From an uncultured bacterium (lineage in GTDB: Bacteria; Methylomirabilota; Methylomirabilia; Methylomirabilales; JACQHM01), in assembly GCA_964535215.1 (NCBI GenBank), contig CAZHST010000013.1, positions 7,758-71,757 on the forward strand: a stretch of DNA of 64,000 bases, read 5' to 3'. Numbering within the stretch: position 1 is the first letter of the stretch; each line of letters starts with the position of its first letter. The position numbers and the translations under genes were made by a program. Positions 1 through 8,934 of this stretch are shown here, piece by piece. The notes beneath the pieces were generated by a model. The model had not been told where the DNA came from, did not search any database, and was given only the letters and a program-made list of their open reading frames with translations.

Positions 1-54
1 CATCGGCTACACTTTTAGCACATCTGGAGGTCTTCGGTCAAACGTTTTGACGGC

Positions 55-1152
55 CTACAGGACCCTAAGGGTGTCACGTAATGCCTGGATGAACTGGTCG
101 TTCTCGCTTGGTGTCCCGATCGTGACCCGGAGGTGGGTCTTCAGACCGTACCTGGCCATCGGATGGATCATCACCCCTTTCCTCAGAAGGGCCTCCGCAA
201 CTTGAACGGCGTCTTTTCCAACATCCACGAGGATGAAGTTCGCACTTGTCGGAACAAAGGGAAGCCCCAAGTTTTGAAACCCCTTGTAGAGCACCCTTTT
301 TCCCGCTTCGTTGAGCTGCCTGGAGAGGCGGAGGTGATCCGTGTCATGAAGGGCGGCTAAAGCGGCGACCTGGGCCAGCCCGTTCACGTTGAAGGGTTGC
401 CTGACCCGGTCCAGGAGCTGGACCAGGGCTGGCGGGGCCATCCCGTAACCGATCCGCAAACCCGCCAAACCGTGGATCTTGGAAAAGGTTCGTAAGACAA
501 GGATCAGGCGGCCCCGCCGTATCTCCTGGAGAAGGTCAGGCTTCACCTCCTCAGGCATATACTCGTAATAGGCTTCGTCAAACAGCAGGATGACCTTCTC
601 CGGAACCCGATCCAGGAAGGCCTCGATCTCTCGGGGTGGAACACAGGTTCCGGTGGGGTTGTTGGGATTACCGATGAAGATCATCTTGGTGCGATCGGTG
701 ATCCGTCGAGCCATCTCATCCAGGTCATGCCGGTACTCCTTCAAAGGGACCAGAACCAGCCGTGCGCCTGTTGCCCTGGTCGCCCTCCTGTAGACCATGA
801 AGGCCGGATCGGCGATAATGGCTTCGTCCTGAGGGCCAAGGAAGCACCGGGCGGCGAGATCGATCAATTCACAGCTTCCATTGCCAAGGAGGAAATGCGC
901 CGGATCGAGATCGAGCCTTTCAGCCAAGGCCCGCTTGAGGGCGTGGCCTCCTCCATCAGGGTACCTGTTGATTCCCTGAAGGGCTGACTGGATGGCTATG
1001 ACGGCTAAAGGTGAAGGACCAAGAGGGTTCTCGTTGGAGGCAAGTTTCACAAGGTCCCCTCCCCCCAGTTCCTTCTTGACCTCCTCGACGGGCTTGCCAA
1101 GGTTAGAGGGGGAAAGGTTTCTGAGATGCGGGGAAGCCAGCTCTTCGATCAT
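55..1152 (-). CDS. hisC: Histidinol-phosphate/aromatic aminotransferase (class I/II PLP enzyme)
   Basis: KLASNENPLGPSP, LGNGSCELI, GNPNNPTG, DEAY and RTFSKIHGLAGLRIG (PLP lysine) motifs; ATG overlaps the upstream TGA (ATGA). Confidence 0.9.
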   Translation of the reverse strand: MIEELASPHLRNLSPSNLGKPVEEVKKELGGGDLVKLASNENPLGPSPLAVIAIQSALQGINRYPDGGGHALKRALAERLDLDPAHFLLGNGSCELIDLAARCFLGPQDEAIIADPAFMVYRRATRATGARLVLVPLKEYRHDLDEMARRITDRTKMIFIGNPNNPTGTCVPPREIEAFLDRVPEKVILLFDEAYYEYMPEEVKPDLLQEIRRGRLILVLRTFSKIHGLAGLRIGYGMAPPALVQLLDRVRQPFNVNGLAQVAALAALHDTDHLRLSRQLNEAGKRVLYKGFQNLGLPFVPTSANFILVDVGKDAVQVAEALLRKGVMIHPMARYGLKTHLRVTIGTPSENDQFIQALRDTLRVL

Positions 1153-3743
1153 CGTAGGACGTGAACCTTTCCCGAGTAGCCGTCGATCTTGACCCTGGTC
1201 CCCTCCGGGAGCAAGAGGGTGGCCTTTTCCAAGACCACGGCCGGGATACCACTCTCGCGGGCCAGGCAGGCGCCATGGGCGAGGATGCCCCCTGTCTCCA
1301 GGATGAGTCCTGCTGCCTTCCTGATGAGCGGGAACATGCCTAAGTTCGCTGACCTTGCTACGATCACGACATCTTCGCTGACCTCCTCGAGACCCTTGGC
1401 GAAATCCAGCTCCTGGGGATCTATGATCCTCGCCGTTCCCACGGCTTCACCGGAAGAGACGGGGCTGCCGTGGAACTGTTGCACGGTCTCGAAGGTCGGC
1501 TTCTGACCGATCCCTTCCAAGGCATCCTCGAAGATCACGTTTGGCATCCGTCCGTGCTTTGAGAGATGAAGGGCCAACCGCCGCTCTTCTTTCCGTTGCT
1601 CTATTCTTCCTCTGATGGAATCGAAGGAGCTGAGGACCTCGGGGAGCTCTCGCGGATAGAGGTAAAAGAGGTCATCCCGTTGAAGTCCAAGTTTCTCCGC
1701 CAAGGCCAGCAAGGCCCTGCGGATCAAGGCGTACTCTGCGGTCAGGTAGTACTTCACGGTCTCCCGAAGGGGGAGGTAACGCTGGGCATAGGCGAGATCC
1801 TGAAACAGTTCCTGGATGAGGAGGGGGTTGACCCCCACCTGGGCCAGGCGGGTCCGAACCTCCTCTTCCCCTTTTCTCCTTTTTCGGGTCTGTTCGATGG
1901 CTTCGTGGAAGGGGTCCCGGGCCCCCTTCTTGAATTCTTTCACCATCCCTTCGAGGATTTGAGGATCCTCGGCGATCCTGGGGAGGGAGATCTCCAGCTC
2001 GTTGGGGGCGAGGTGACCGTAGACCTCCAGGAATTCCCTGGGGGACACCTCCCCCTGAGCGAGTCGTGCCAGGTCCCTTGTCTGTTGACCGATCTTGCTT
2101 TCCTCTAATCCCCTGAGCAGATCCCCGATCAGCCTTTCCCCTTCTTCCGGGAAGAAGGCTGTCATCTTCTTCTTGAACCTCTCGACGAAGAAAAAGCCGA
2201 GCCTGGCGGCGATGACAAAGTGGACTGCGGTAAAGGTCCTGAGATGCTCCAGATACGAGTGGATCTTTTCAACGATCTCCTCAGGAGAGACCTGGGAGGG
2301 GTCGTCGTCCCTTTCCCGGGCCAGATAGCGTTGAAGGGCTGGCTCCACCTTAAAGGAGAATTCATCGAGGTAACCCTCGGCCCTTTCAATCATCCCGGCC
2401 AGAAACTCCAGGAAGCGGGCGTGATACCTTCGCCCCCTTTTCGGGCCAAAGCGGGTGATGGCTTCTTCAAGGGTCAGACTTTGCTCGTAGAGGCCGAGCT
2501 CCGGGTAGTTTGCCAGCCGGGGGTTTGCTTTCACCTTCTTGATATAGCCTTCGATGTCAAGGGGGAAGCCAATGTGGAAGGTGGCTGCATCAAGCTCCAG
2601 GTTGAAGTAAGGATGGCCGCAGATTAGCTCGAAGAGGCCTTCGGAGGTCTTGTCGTCGAGGTCGTAGCCCAGATGCCGTCGGCCGATCTGGATCCCACCC
2701 TCTTCAGCGAAGATGTAGGTGAAGATCCCGAAGCTCATCGGCGTCGGGGTCGGGAGGATCTCCCCGATGTTCCCGTTGCTGTAAACGGCCTCGCTACAGG
2801 TGAGCCTCCCCTTTTGCCTCAGATCGGTGATCCTGGAGCGGAGCCGCTCCACCTCCTTCTTCCGATACCGCTCGATTTTTACCTCAAGCGGTTCATGGCC
2901 GATCGGGACCGGTCTCGACTGGACGATGGCAAGCTTTCCACCAGCAAAGGCGAATTCGATGTCCTGGGGCCCTTGAAAAAGGGCCTCGAGGGTCAGGCCT
3001 TGTTGAACCAAAAGGGCCAGCTGCTCGGGTGTAAGGGTCGGCCGATTCCTCCTCTCTTCCGGCACCGGGACCTCGCCCTTCAGGCAAAGCATGGAGGTTT
3101 TCTCAGAAAGTCTCTGATCAAGGATCCGTCCGTTCCTGCCCACACGGAAGACATCGCCCTGGACCTTTCCGGAAACCAGCGGCTCGCTTAAACCAAAGAC
3201 CGAGTTGATGAACAATTCCTCCCGGTCCAGCGTGATGGGGTTCAAGGTGTACATCACGCCTGAGACCTCGGCGTCGATCATCTCCTGGACCACGATGGCC
3301 ATCCCGTAGCCCTCCTGGTCCCCATCGAGGCCCATGCACCTCCGGTAAAGATCCGATCTAACGGTTTCCAGCGAAAGGAAACACTCCTTGATCGCCTCCA
3401 GGAGTTCTTCCTCCGAGCTCACGTTCAGGCGGGAGAGGTAGATGCCGGCAAAGCTTGCATGGGGGAGGTCTTCGTGGGTCGCGGAGCTTCTTACCGCAAC
3501 ATGATGAAAAGCTCGTTCTCGATAGGCCGCCAGGATCCTGTTCTTCAAAGGGTCGGGGATCTCGATCCCCCCGGAAGGGGAGCGCCCCGCTTTCCTGAAG
3601 GCGTTGGTCGTGATGACAAAGCCCCTCGGCACGGGAAGGCCGGCCTTGATCATCAGGCCCAGGTTCAAGGCCTTGACCCCAACCAGGGAAAGGTCCCCTT
3701 CCCGAACATCCCCGAGATCAAGGAGGTCCAACTCGTCAGCCAC
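1149..3743 (-). CDS. PEP/pyruvate-binding (PPDK_N) plus PEP-utilising swivel domain protein; rifampicin phosphotransferase/phenylphosphate synthase-like architecture
   Basis: N-terminal G.KA.NL, VAVRSSA..ED...SFAG and VQEM..A.VSGV, DIEFA motifs; central helical region; C-terminal GGILAHGACLARESGIPAV phospho-His motif; GTG start with SD. Confidence 0.85.
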   Translation of the reverse strand: MADELDLLDLGDVREGDLSLVGVKALNLGLMIKAGLPVPRGFVITTNAFRKAGRSPSGGIEIPDPLKNRILAAYRERAFHHVAVRSSATHEDLPHASFAGIYLSRLNVSSEEELLEAIKECFLSLETVRSDLYRRCMGLDGDQEGYGMAIVVQEMIDAEVSGVMYTLNPITLDREELFINSVFGLSEPLVSGKVQGDVFRVGRNGRILDQRLSEKTSMLCLKGEVPVPEERRNRPTLTPEQLALLVQQGLTLEALFQGPQDIEFAFAGGKLAIVQSRPVPIGHEPLEVKIERYRKKEVERLRSRITDLRQKGRLTCSEAVYSNGNIGEILPTPTPMSFGIFTYIFAEEGGIQIGRRHLGYDLDDKTSEGLFELICGHPYFNLELDAATFHIGFPLDIEGYIKKVKANPRLANYPELGLYEQSLTLEEAITRFGPKRGRRYHARFLEFLAGMIERAEGYLDEFSFKVEPALQRYLARERDDDPSQVSPEEIVEKIHSYLEHLRTFTAVHFVIAARLGFFFVERFKKKMTAFFPEEGERLIGDLLRGLEESKIGQQTRDLARLAQGEVSPREFLEVYGHLAPNELEISLPRIAEDPQILEGMVKEFKKGARDPFHEAIEQTRKRRKGEEEVRTRLAQVGVNPLLIQELFQDLAYAQRYLPLRETVKYYLTAEYALIRRALLALAEKLGLQRDDLFYLYPRELPEVLSSFDSIRGRIEQRKEERRLALHLSKHGRMPNVIFEDALEGIGQKPTFETVQQFHGSPVSSGEAVGTARIIDPQELDFAKGLEEVSEDVVIVARSANLGMFPLIRKAAGLILETGGILAHGACLARESGIPAVVLEKATLLLPEGTRVKIDGYSGKVHVLR

Positions 3744-3788
3744 GCTCCCTCCCTTACAGGTTTTCCGTTGGGAAAGATCGTGGTGAGA

Positions 3789-4754
3789 CTACGCCGGCAC
3801 CACGGCCTCGGAGAGGCGGCGGCGATCCCGCTTCCCCCGTTCAACCACCCATCGCTTTTTCAGCTCTTCCCATTCGGGGAGGAACCGTTGGAAGGAAACG
3901 CCGTCAGGGGCCATCAAGGCCTCATCAAGGACCTTTCTGTAGAACGCGGTAATATCCCGCATCAAGCCCTCAGGATGTTCCCTTCCCGGGATCTTCAGGT
4001 AATCCACACCGATCCTGACGTAGTCGGGAAGCTCCCAGAGGAGGAGGGTAGGGTTGGTTTTTAAAGAGACTTTCTTCCGGGTAGGGCCGTCCACGCCCGA
4101 GACGTCCCATCCCGCCTGACAAACCCGGTGGCAGCTCCCCCCCCGGTTTGAGCTCCCCAGGTAGTGATCCTTGCCATCGGCGTCCACAACGTGTTCGAAC
4201 TTAAAGTAGCTGGACATGGTACACTTGCCGGGGCAGATGATTCCCCGTTGAAGAGGCTGGAACAGGAAGGCCTCCACGCGGACACCCACCTCCTGCTTGA
4301 TTCTCTTGATGTCGGCGATCTCAACCCCCCACCGGTAGGAGAGGATGATAAAGGTAGCCCCGATTTCCCGGTAGAATCGGATGTCCTCCCGGTTGGCCAC
4401 AGCGCAGGTGACGCTGGCGTGGATGTCCACATGGGGGAAATGCCTCCGCACCTGCCTGATACACCCGGGATCGTTCATGATGAAACCGTTCAAACCCCAG
4501 GTGCTGTAGGTCTCCACCTTCTTTAACAGGAGGGGGATCTCCTTCGGACCGGGCAGGGTGTTCAAGGCGACCTTTACCTCTTTCCCCGTGTCCGAAGCGG
4601 CTTCGTAGACCTCCTTGATCTCCTCATCCGTCAGCTCATCCTCGGGAGGCCGCCGGCTCCAACCCATGGCGCCGACGTAGACGGCATCAGCACCCGCCTC
4701 CAGGACGAGGAGGGCCATCTCCTTGGTCCCTCCGGGGGCCAAAAGCTTCGTCAT
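3789..4754 (-). CDS. U32 family protein, UbiU-like paralog 1 (putative Fe-S hydroxylase)
   Basis: LLAPGG, GADAVYVG..GWSRR, DIHASV, and the Cys cluster ICPGKC...SNRGGSCHRVC; LKIPGR. Confidence 0.85.
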   Translation of the reverse strand: MTKLLAPGGTKEMALLVLEAGADAVYVGAMGWSRRPPEDELTDEEIKEVYEAASDTGKEVKVALNTLPGPKEIPLLLKKVETYSTWGLNGFIMNDPGCIRQVRRHFPHVDIHASVTCAVANREDIRFYREIGATFIILSYRWGVEIADIKRIKQEVGVRVEAFLFQPLQRGIICPGKCTMSSYFKFEHVVDADGKDHYLGSSNRGGSCHRVCQAGWDVSGVDGPTRKKVSLKTNPTLLLWELPDYVRIGVDYLKIPGREHPEGLMRDITAFYRKVLDEALMAPDGVSFQRFLPEWEELKKRWVVERGKRDRRRLSEAVVPA

Positions 4755-4782
4755 CGTTTCCCTCCTAGGAAGCCTTCAGCTA

Positions 4783-4858
4783 TTAGCCATCAGCGGTCAG
4801 GTTTGAGGAGGTTCAAGGTTCAACGTTGAACTTTGAACCGTTTTTGGCTGACGGCTAA
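4783..4858. repeat. Nested palindromic intergenic element built from heptamer-like repeats
   Basis: Outer arms ttagccatcagc (4783-4794) and gctgacggctaa (4847-4858); inner near-perfect palindrome ggttcaaggttcaacgttgaactttgaacc (4810-4839). Confidence 0.7.
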
Positions 4859-5811
4859 GGGCTTATGTTCGTAAAGGTCCCTGGGGGGATCGTCGCAACC
4901 CCTAAGGCCTCCGATCCCACCAGCCGCACCAGCTCGTCGAAGAAGAGGTGGATCTCCCTAATGGTCTCTAGATCCCAGGATGTCATCACCCGGGACCGCC
5001 AGCTCTCTCTTAACGCATGGAGGACTTTGGTCTCGATCCCGCCAAGCACCTCTCGCCCGATCTCCTCCCAGATCGTGTCATCCTCTTTCATGTATGCTGC
5101 CGCCTCACAGTAGGCCTTGATAAACCCTTGGAGGAGGTCAGGGTGCTTGGCTAGGCATTCATCTTTCACGGTGAAGGCCGTGATGGGGATCATCCTTTTC
5201 ACCCCAAGTTCCCCGATCAAGTCCTGGACATCCAGGACCTGCCGGTAGCGCCCCGTGGCCACCAGGGGGGGGATCAGTTGCCAAAACTGAAAAGCGCCAT
5301 CGACCTTTCCCTCTTCGAGAAGCTGGACAAGGGCGGTCTTTGAGAGGGCCTCGACGACCCTTCCCTCTTCCTGGGGATCGAAGCCGTAGAGCTTCCGGCA
5401 GGCTCCTCTCGTGATCAGCCAGTTTTTGTCCAGGAGTCGGACAACCCCGATTCGTCTTCCCCGGAGATCCTGTAGGTCCCGGATAGGGGAGTCGTGGGGG
5501 GCGACCAATCCTCCGACGATCCTCCCGTAGGGGAAGACGGCGGTGATGGGAACCCCCCGAGTCCGATGACGGGCGATGGAGATCCAATCAATATCCACCA
5601 GGTCCGCCGTTCCGTCCTGAAGGGCGATCTCAAAGGATTGGAGGGATCCTTTGACCTGATCCTTCAGGAGGGTCATCTCCAGGAGAAAGCCCTGCTTTCG
5701 ATCCAGGCCAAGTTTTTTCAGGACGTACATCAGCCACCGGGGGCTTCCATGGGGCTCAAAGGCCGCTTTTAGGACCCCGGCTCCCGATGAGGGCTGGGTC
5801 AGCGCCGGCAT
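4855..5811 (-). CDS. NMT1/THI5/SsuA-like PBP-fold protein with no signal peptide (paralog 1)
   Basis: DLVDIDWISIARHR, DLQDLRGRRIGV and G.VDGAFQFW motifs; start moved to ATG 5811 (SD, 2 nt after the upstream stop); no hydrophobic N-terminus. Confidence 0.75.
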   Translation of the reverse strand: MPALTQPSSGAGVLKAAFEPHGSPRWLMYVLKKLGLDRKQGFLLEMTLLKDQVKGSLQSFEIALQDGTADLVDIDWISIARHRTRGVPITAVFPYGRIVGGLVAPHDSPIRDLQDLRGRRIGVVRLLDKNWLITRGACRKLYGFDPQEEGRVVEALSKTALVQLLEEGKVDGAFQFWQLIPPLVATGRYRQVLDVQDLIGELGVKRMIPITAFTVKDECLAKHPDLLQGFIKAYCEAAAYMKEDDTIWEEIGREVLGGIETKVLHALRESWRSRVMTSWDLETIREIHLFFDELVRLVGSEALGVATIPPGTFTNISP

Positions 5812-5812
5812 C

Positions 5813-6775
5813 TCATCCCCTTCCAACCGCTGCCTGGGAGAGGAGAAGGCCTGCCCGCCGGCTCCTCTCCATGGTCCACCGCTTTTTCAGCTCCTGCCAC
5901 GGAGCAACATACCGTTCCAGGGAGACTTCGCCAGGGGAGGCTTTGACCTCGTCCACGACCCCTCGATAGAATCGGACCAGGTCCCTAACCAGCTCTACGG
6001 ATCGCTCCCTCCCTTGGATTTTCAGGTACTCAACCCCTGCCTTGATGTACCCGGGCACCTCCCACAGCATGAAGGTTGGATCGGATCGTAAGGTGGTCTT
6101 TCTTAGCGTCCCCTCGGGGGAAAGGGTGAACTCCCATCCTGCCTGACAGACCCGGGAACAGCCTCTGGCCCCCCGGTTGGCGCTCCCGAGAAAGCCCTCC
6201 TCGATCCCATCAGACCAGTCTTTGTAGACAAGATAGCTGGACATGATGCACTTCCCCGGGCAGACGAGCCCCCCTTGAAGGGGTTGGAAGAGAAAGACCT
6301 CAAGTCCCACATCCAGTTCGGCCTTGATCGCTCTAACCTCCTCGACGCTCAAGCGGTAGGGGAGGATCACGAAGGTCGCGCCCAGATCCCGGTAAAACCG
6401 GATATCCTCCCGGTTTGTCAGACCGCAGCCGACACTGGTATGGATGCCAATAAAGGGGAAGTGGCGCCTCACCTCCACCAGGCACCCTGGATCGGCGATC
6501 ATGAGCCCTGAGACCCCCCAGTCCACGTACTGCTCCACCTTCTTCAAGAGAAGCTTCATCTCCGTCGGACCAGGCATGGCGTTGATGGCGACCTTCACCT
6601 CCCGCCCAAGGGTCCGGGCGAACTCGTTCAGCTCCTTGATCTCCCCATCCTTCAGATCCAGCTGGTAGGATCGCCGACTCCATCCAAAGGCCCCCACGTA
6701 GACAGCCTCGGCCCCCTCCTCCAAGACCGTGTAGGCCATCTCCAGGGTCCCACCAGGAGCCAGAAGCTTCGCCAT
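5813..6775 (-). CDS. U32 family protein, UbiU-like paralog 2
   Basis: LLAPGG, GAEAVYVG..GWSRR, VCPGKC...SANRGARGCSRVC and LKIQGRER; SD gaggagg. Confidence 0.85.
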   Translation of the reverse strand: MAKLLAPGGTLEMAYTVLEEGAEAVYVGAFGWSRRSYQLDLKDGEIKELNEFARTLGREVKVAINAMPGPTEMKLLLKKVEQYVDWGVSGLMIADPGCLVEVRRHFPFIGIHTSVGCGLTNREDIRFYRDLGATFVILPYRLSVEEVRAIKAELDVGLEVFLFQPLQGGLVCPGKCIMSSYLVYKDWSDGIEEGFLGSANRGARGCSRVCQAGWEFTLSPEGTLRKTTLRSDPTFMLWEVPGYIKAGVEYLKIQGRERSVELVRDLVRFYRGVVDEVKASPGEVSLERYVAPWQELKKRWTMERSRRAGLLLSQAAVGRG

Positions 6776-6785
6776 GGTTTCCTCC

Positions 6786-7742
6786 TCACGCCTTTGCCCG
6801 GGCGATAAGGCGCTCGTCCCGTCTGTTCCGCTCGGTGATCCATCGCCTTTTCAGTTCCTCGATCTCTGGAACGTACCTTTCAGGAGAGAACCCATCGGGA
6901 GAGGTCAGGATCTCATCCACCACCTTCCGGTAGAACCGGACGATGTCCCGGACGAGGGTCTCGGACCGGTCCCTCCCGGGAACCTTGAAGTACTCAACGC
7001 CCGCCTTGATGTAATCGGCCAGCTCATGGAACCAAAGGCGGGGGTTCCCCTTCAGGATGGTCTTCCTGGAGAGGGGTTGATCGTCCGTGGCCACATCCCA
7101 CCCGACCTGGCAGATCCGGAGACAGTCCCCGCCCCGGTTGGCGCTCCCGTAGAAGTAATCCTTCCCCTCGGCATCCACCCAATGCCTGAAGCTGAAGTAG
7201 CTCGACATGGTGCATTTCCCGGGGCAGATGATCCCCCCTTGGGTGTCCGTCCTGAAGAGGAAGATCTCCAGGCCCACATCAATCGTCTGCTTGATCGCCT
7301 TGACCTCCTCCAGCCACATCCGGTAAGGGAGGATGATGTAGGTGGCCCCCATGTCCTTGTAGAATTTGACGTCCTCAGCGTTTGTCAGACCCGTCCCGAC
7401 GCTGACGTGGATCGCGATCTCGGGGAAATGTTTCCTGACCTGGACCAGGCAGCCGACATCCGAGATCATGAACCCGGAGACCCCCCAGCCGATATACCGG
7501 TCCACCTTCTTCAGGAGGAGGGGGATCTCCGTAGAACTCGGCATCGTGTTCAGGACCACCCTGACCTCCTTCCCTTTGGTCTCGGCGAAGGCCACCAGAT
7601 CCCGGATCTCCTCGTCTTTCAGCTCTACGTCAGAGCCCCGCCGACTCCATCCCAAGACGCCGACGTAGACGGCATCGGCCCCTTCCTCCAACACCGAGTA
7701 GGCCATCCGCATCGTCCCACCAGGGGCCATCAACTTCGACAT
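6786..7742 (-). CDS. U32 family protein, UbiU-like paralog 3
   Basis: LMAPGG, GADAVYVG..GWSRR, ICPGKC...SANRGGDCLRIC and FKVPGRDR. Confidence 0.85.
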   Translation of the reverse strand: MSKLMAPGGTMRMAYSVLEEGADAVYVGVLGWSRRGSDVELKDEEIRDLVAFAETKGKEVRVVLNTMPSSTEIPLLLKKVDRYIGWGVSGFMISDVGCLVQVRKHFPEIAIHVSVGTGLTNAEDVKFYKDMGATYIILPYRMWLEEVKAIKQTIDVGLEIFLFRTDTQGGIICPGKCTMSSYFSFRHWVDAEGKDYFYGSANRGGDCLRICQVGWDVATDDQPLSRKTILKGNPRLWFHELADYIKAGVEYFKVPGRDRSETLVRDIVRFYRKVVDEILTSPDGFSPERYVPEIEELKRRWITERNRRDERLIARAKA

Positions 7743-7759
7743 GGTCTTCCCTCCCTTCT

Positions 7760-8686
7760 TCAGGATCGTGTGCCCTGAAGCAGAAGCTCACGGCCGATAT
7801 AGTCCTGCCCGGATCTCCCGAAGGAGTAGCCGTTGCAGAAGCCTAACGGGGCTAGGGATCGAAGCTCTGTCAACCAGTGAGGGGTGCAGAACTCCTCTCC
7901 CGCCATGGCCCTTTGGAGGGCCTCGCGGTAGATGCCCCCGACCATCTTCACGTAACCAGGATCTTCACCCAGGGTATGGATGTAGAAGGTGTCAAAGCCC
8001 TGTTTCACGAGGAGGTCCAGGTGTTCCAGCAGGCAGAGGTCCTTCCCGCTCAAGTTGACCCTCCCGATGTTCTTCATGTGCCACTCCTCGTGGGTCAGCC
8101 AATGCCCCTGGGCACAACCCTCCTCGCAGTGGGCGGGGACTTTTTTCGTGTATTCGGTGAGGAAGCAGGTGGCCGAGATCACCAGGGGGATCTTGCCGTG
8201 GAGGGGGAGGATGACCTGGATAGGGGTATGATCCCTGATGTAGAGGATCTCCTCCAGGCTGAGCTCAGCGTTCGGGAAGACCCGCACGACCCCGTAGCCT
8301 TTCAGGACCCTGGCCGTCTCGTCGGTGTAGAGGTTGCCGAAGACCCCTAAATGGATAGGGATCTCACCCCTGAGTTCCCTGACGATCCTCAAAAGCCCCA
8401 TGCTGTGGACCTCAATGCCATCAAGGGGGAGGTCTCTCGACTCCTGCACAAGGACCCTAATCCAGGGAAGATCGCTGTCCTTCGGGATCGCATAAAGACT
8501 CAAGTAGCATTTCTTACCCATGGCCTTCACCCGGTAGACCCCTTCTCGGAGCTCTTGGAGGCACGAGCTGAAGTTGCCGGGGTAGAGGGGGCAGGTGAAG
8601 TCGCCCAGGTAGAGGGCGTCATAGGCTGAAAAGTCATAGGCTTGGAGCTTCTCCATGTTGGGGACATGGGTCGCTAACTCAAACAT
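7760..8686 (-). CDS. U32 family protein, UbiV-like
   Basis: LYLGDFTCP resembles UbiV YLGE.VC; HGKIPLVISATCF...HCEEGC resembles UbiV G.LPLA.S.RCF...C..CC. Confidence 0.75.
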   Translation of the reverse strand: MFELATHVPNMEKLQAYDFSAYDALYLGDFTCPLYPGNFSSCLQELREGVYRVKAMGKKCYLSLYAIPKDSDLPWIRVLVQESRDLPLDGIEVHSMGLLRIVRELRGEIPIHLGVFGNLYTDETARVLKGYGVVRVFPNAELSLEEILYIRDHTPIQVILPLHGKIPLVISATCFLTEYTKKVPAHCEEGCAQGHWLTHEEWHMKNIGRVNLSGKDLCLLEHLDLLVKQGFDTFYIHTLGEDPGYVKMVGGIYREALQRAMAGEEFCTPHWLTELRSLAPLGFCNGYSFGRSGQDYIGRELLLQGTRS

Positions 8687-8762
8687 TGTCGCCTCCTCCA
8701 GGATTTTTCGCCCTGTTTAGAGCAGGGATCACCAGCCTTTATAGGTTAGCCTATAGGGAGTG

Positions 8763-8777
8763 GCAAATACTGTTCCA
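8763..8777 (-). promoter_or_regulatory. Sigma-54 (-24/-12) promoter for the U32 operon
   Basis: Minus strand reads TGGAACAGTATTTGC (GG-N10-GC), about 77 nt upstream of the ATG at 8686. Confidence 0.7.
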
Positions 8778-8860
8778 TACCTAACCGGAGAAGGCTGATG
8801 CATCTGGATTATTTTGGTAGTGAAGATGTCCTAAAGGCAGAGGGGAAGAAGGGAAGAGAA

Positions 8861-8894
8861 TGGGGCATTTGACCAACAAGGGCATTTCACCCAC
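8861..8894. promoter_or_regulatory. Putative tandem upstream activator sites for an NtrC-family enhancer-binding protein
   Basis: tggggcatttgacca (8861-8875) and caagggcatttcacccac (8877-8894); both resemble sites at 20724-20757. Confidence 0.55.
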
Positions 8895-8934
8895 CCTTCG
8901 TTTCAATCTGAAATCTAAAATCCCCTGCCCGCAG

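Noticed and set aside
5264-5272. Poly-G/C runs (also near 13250, 13770 and 36488-36496) as phase-variation tracts
   Set aside because: Only 8-9 nt, in frame as Pro/Gly codons or serving as an SD; expected at this GC content.
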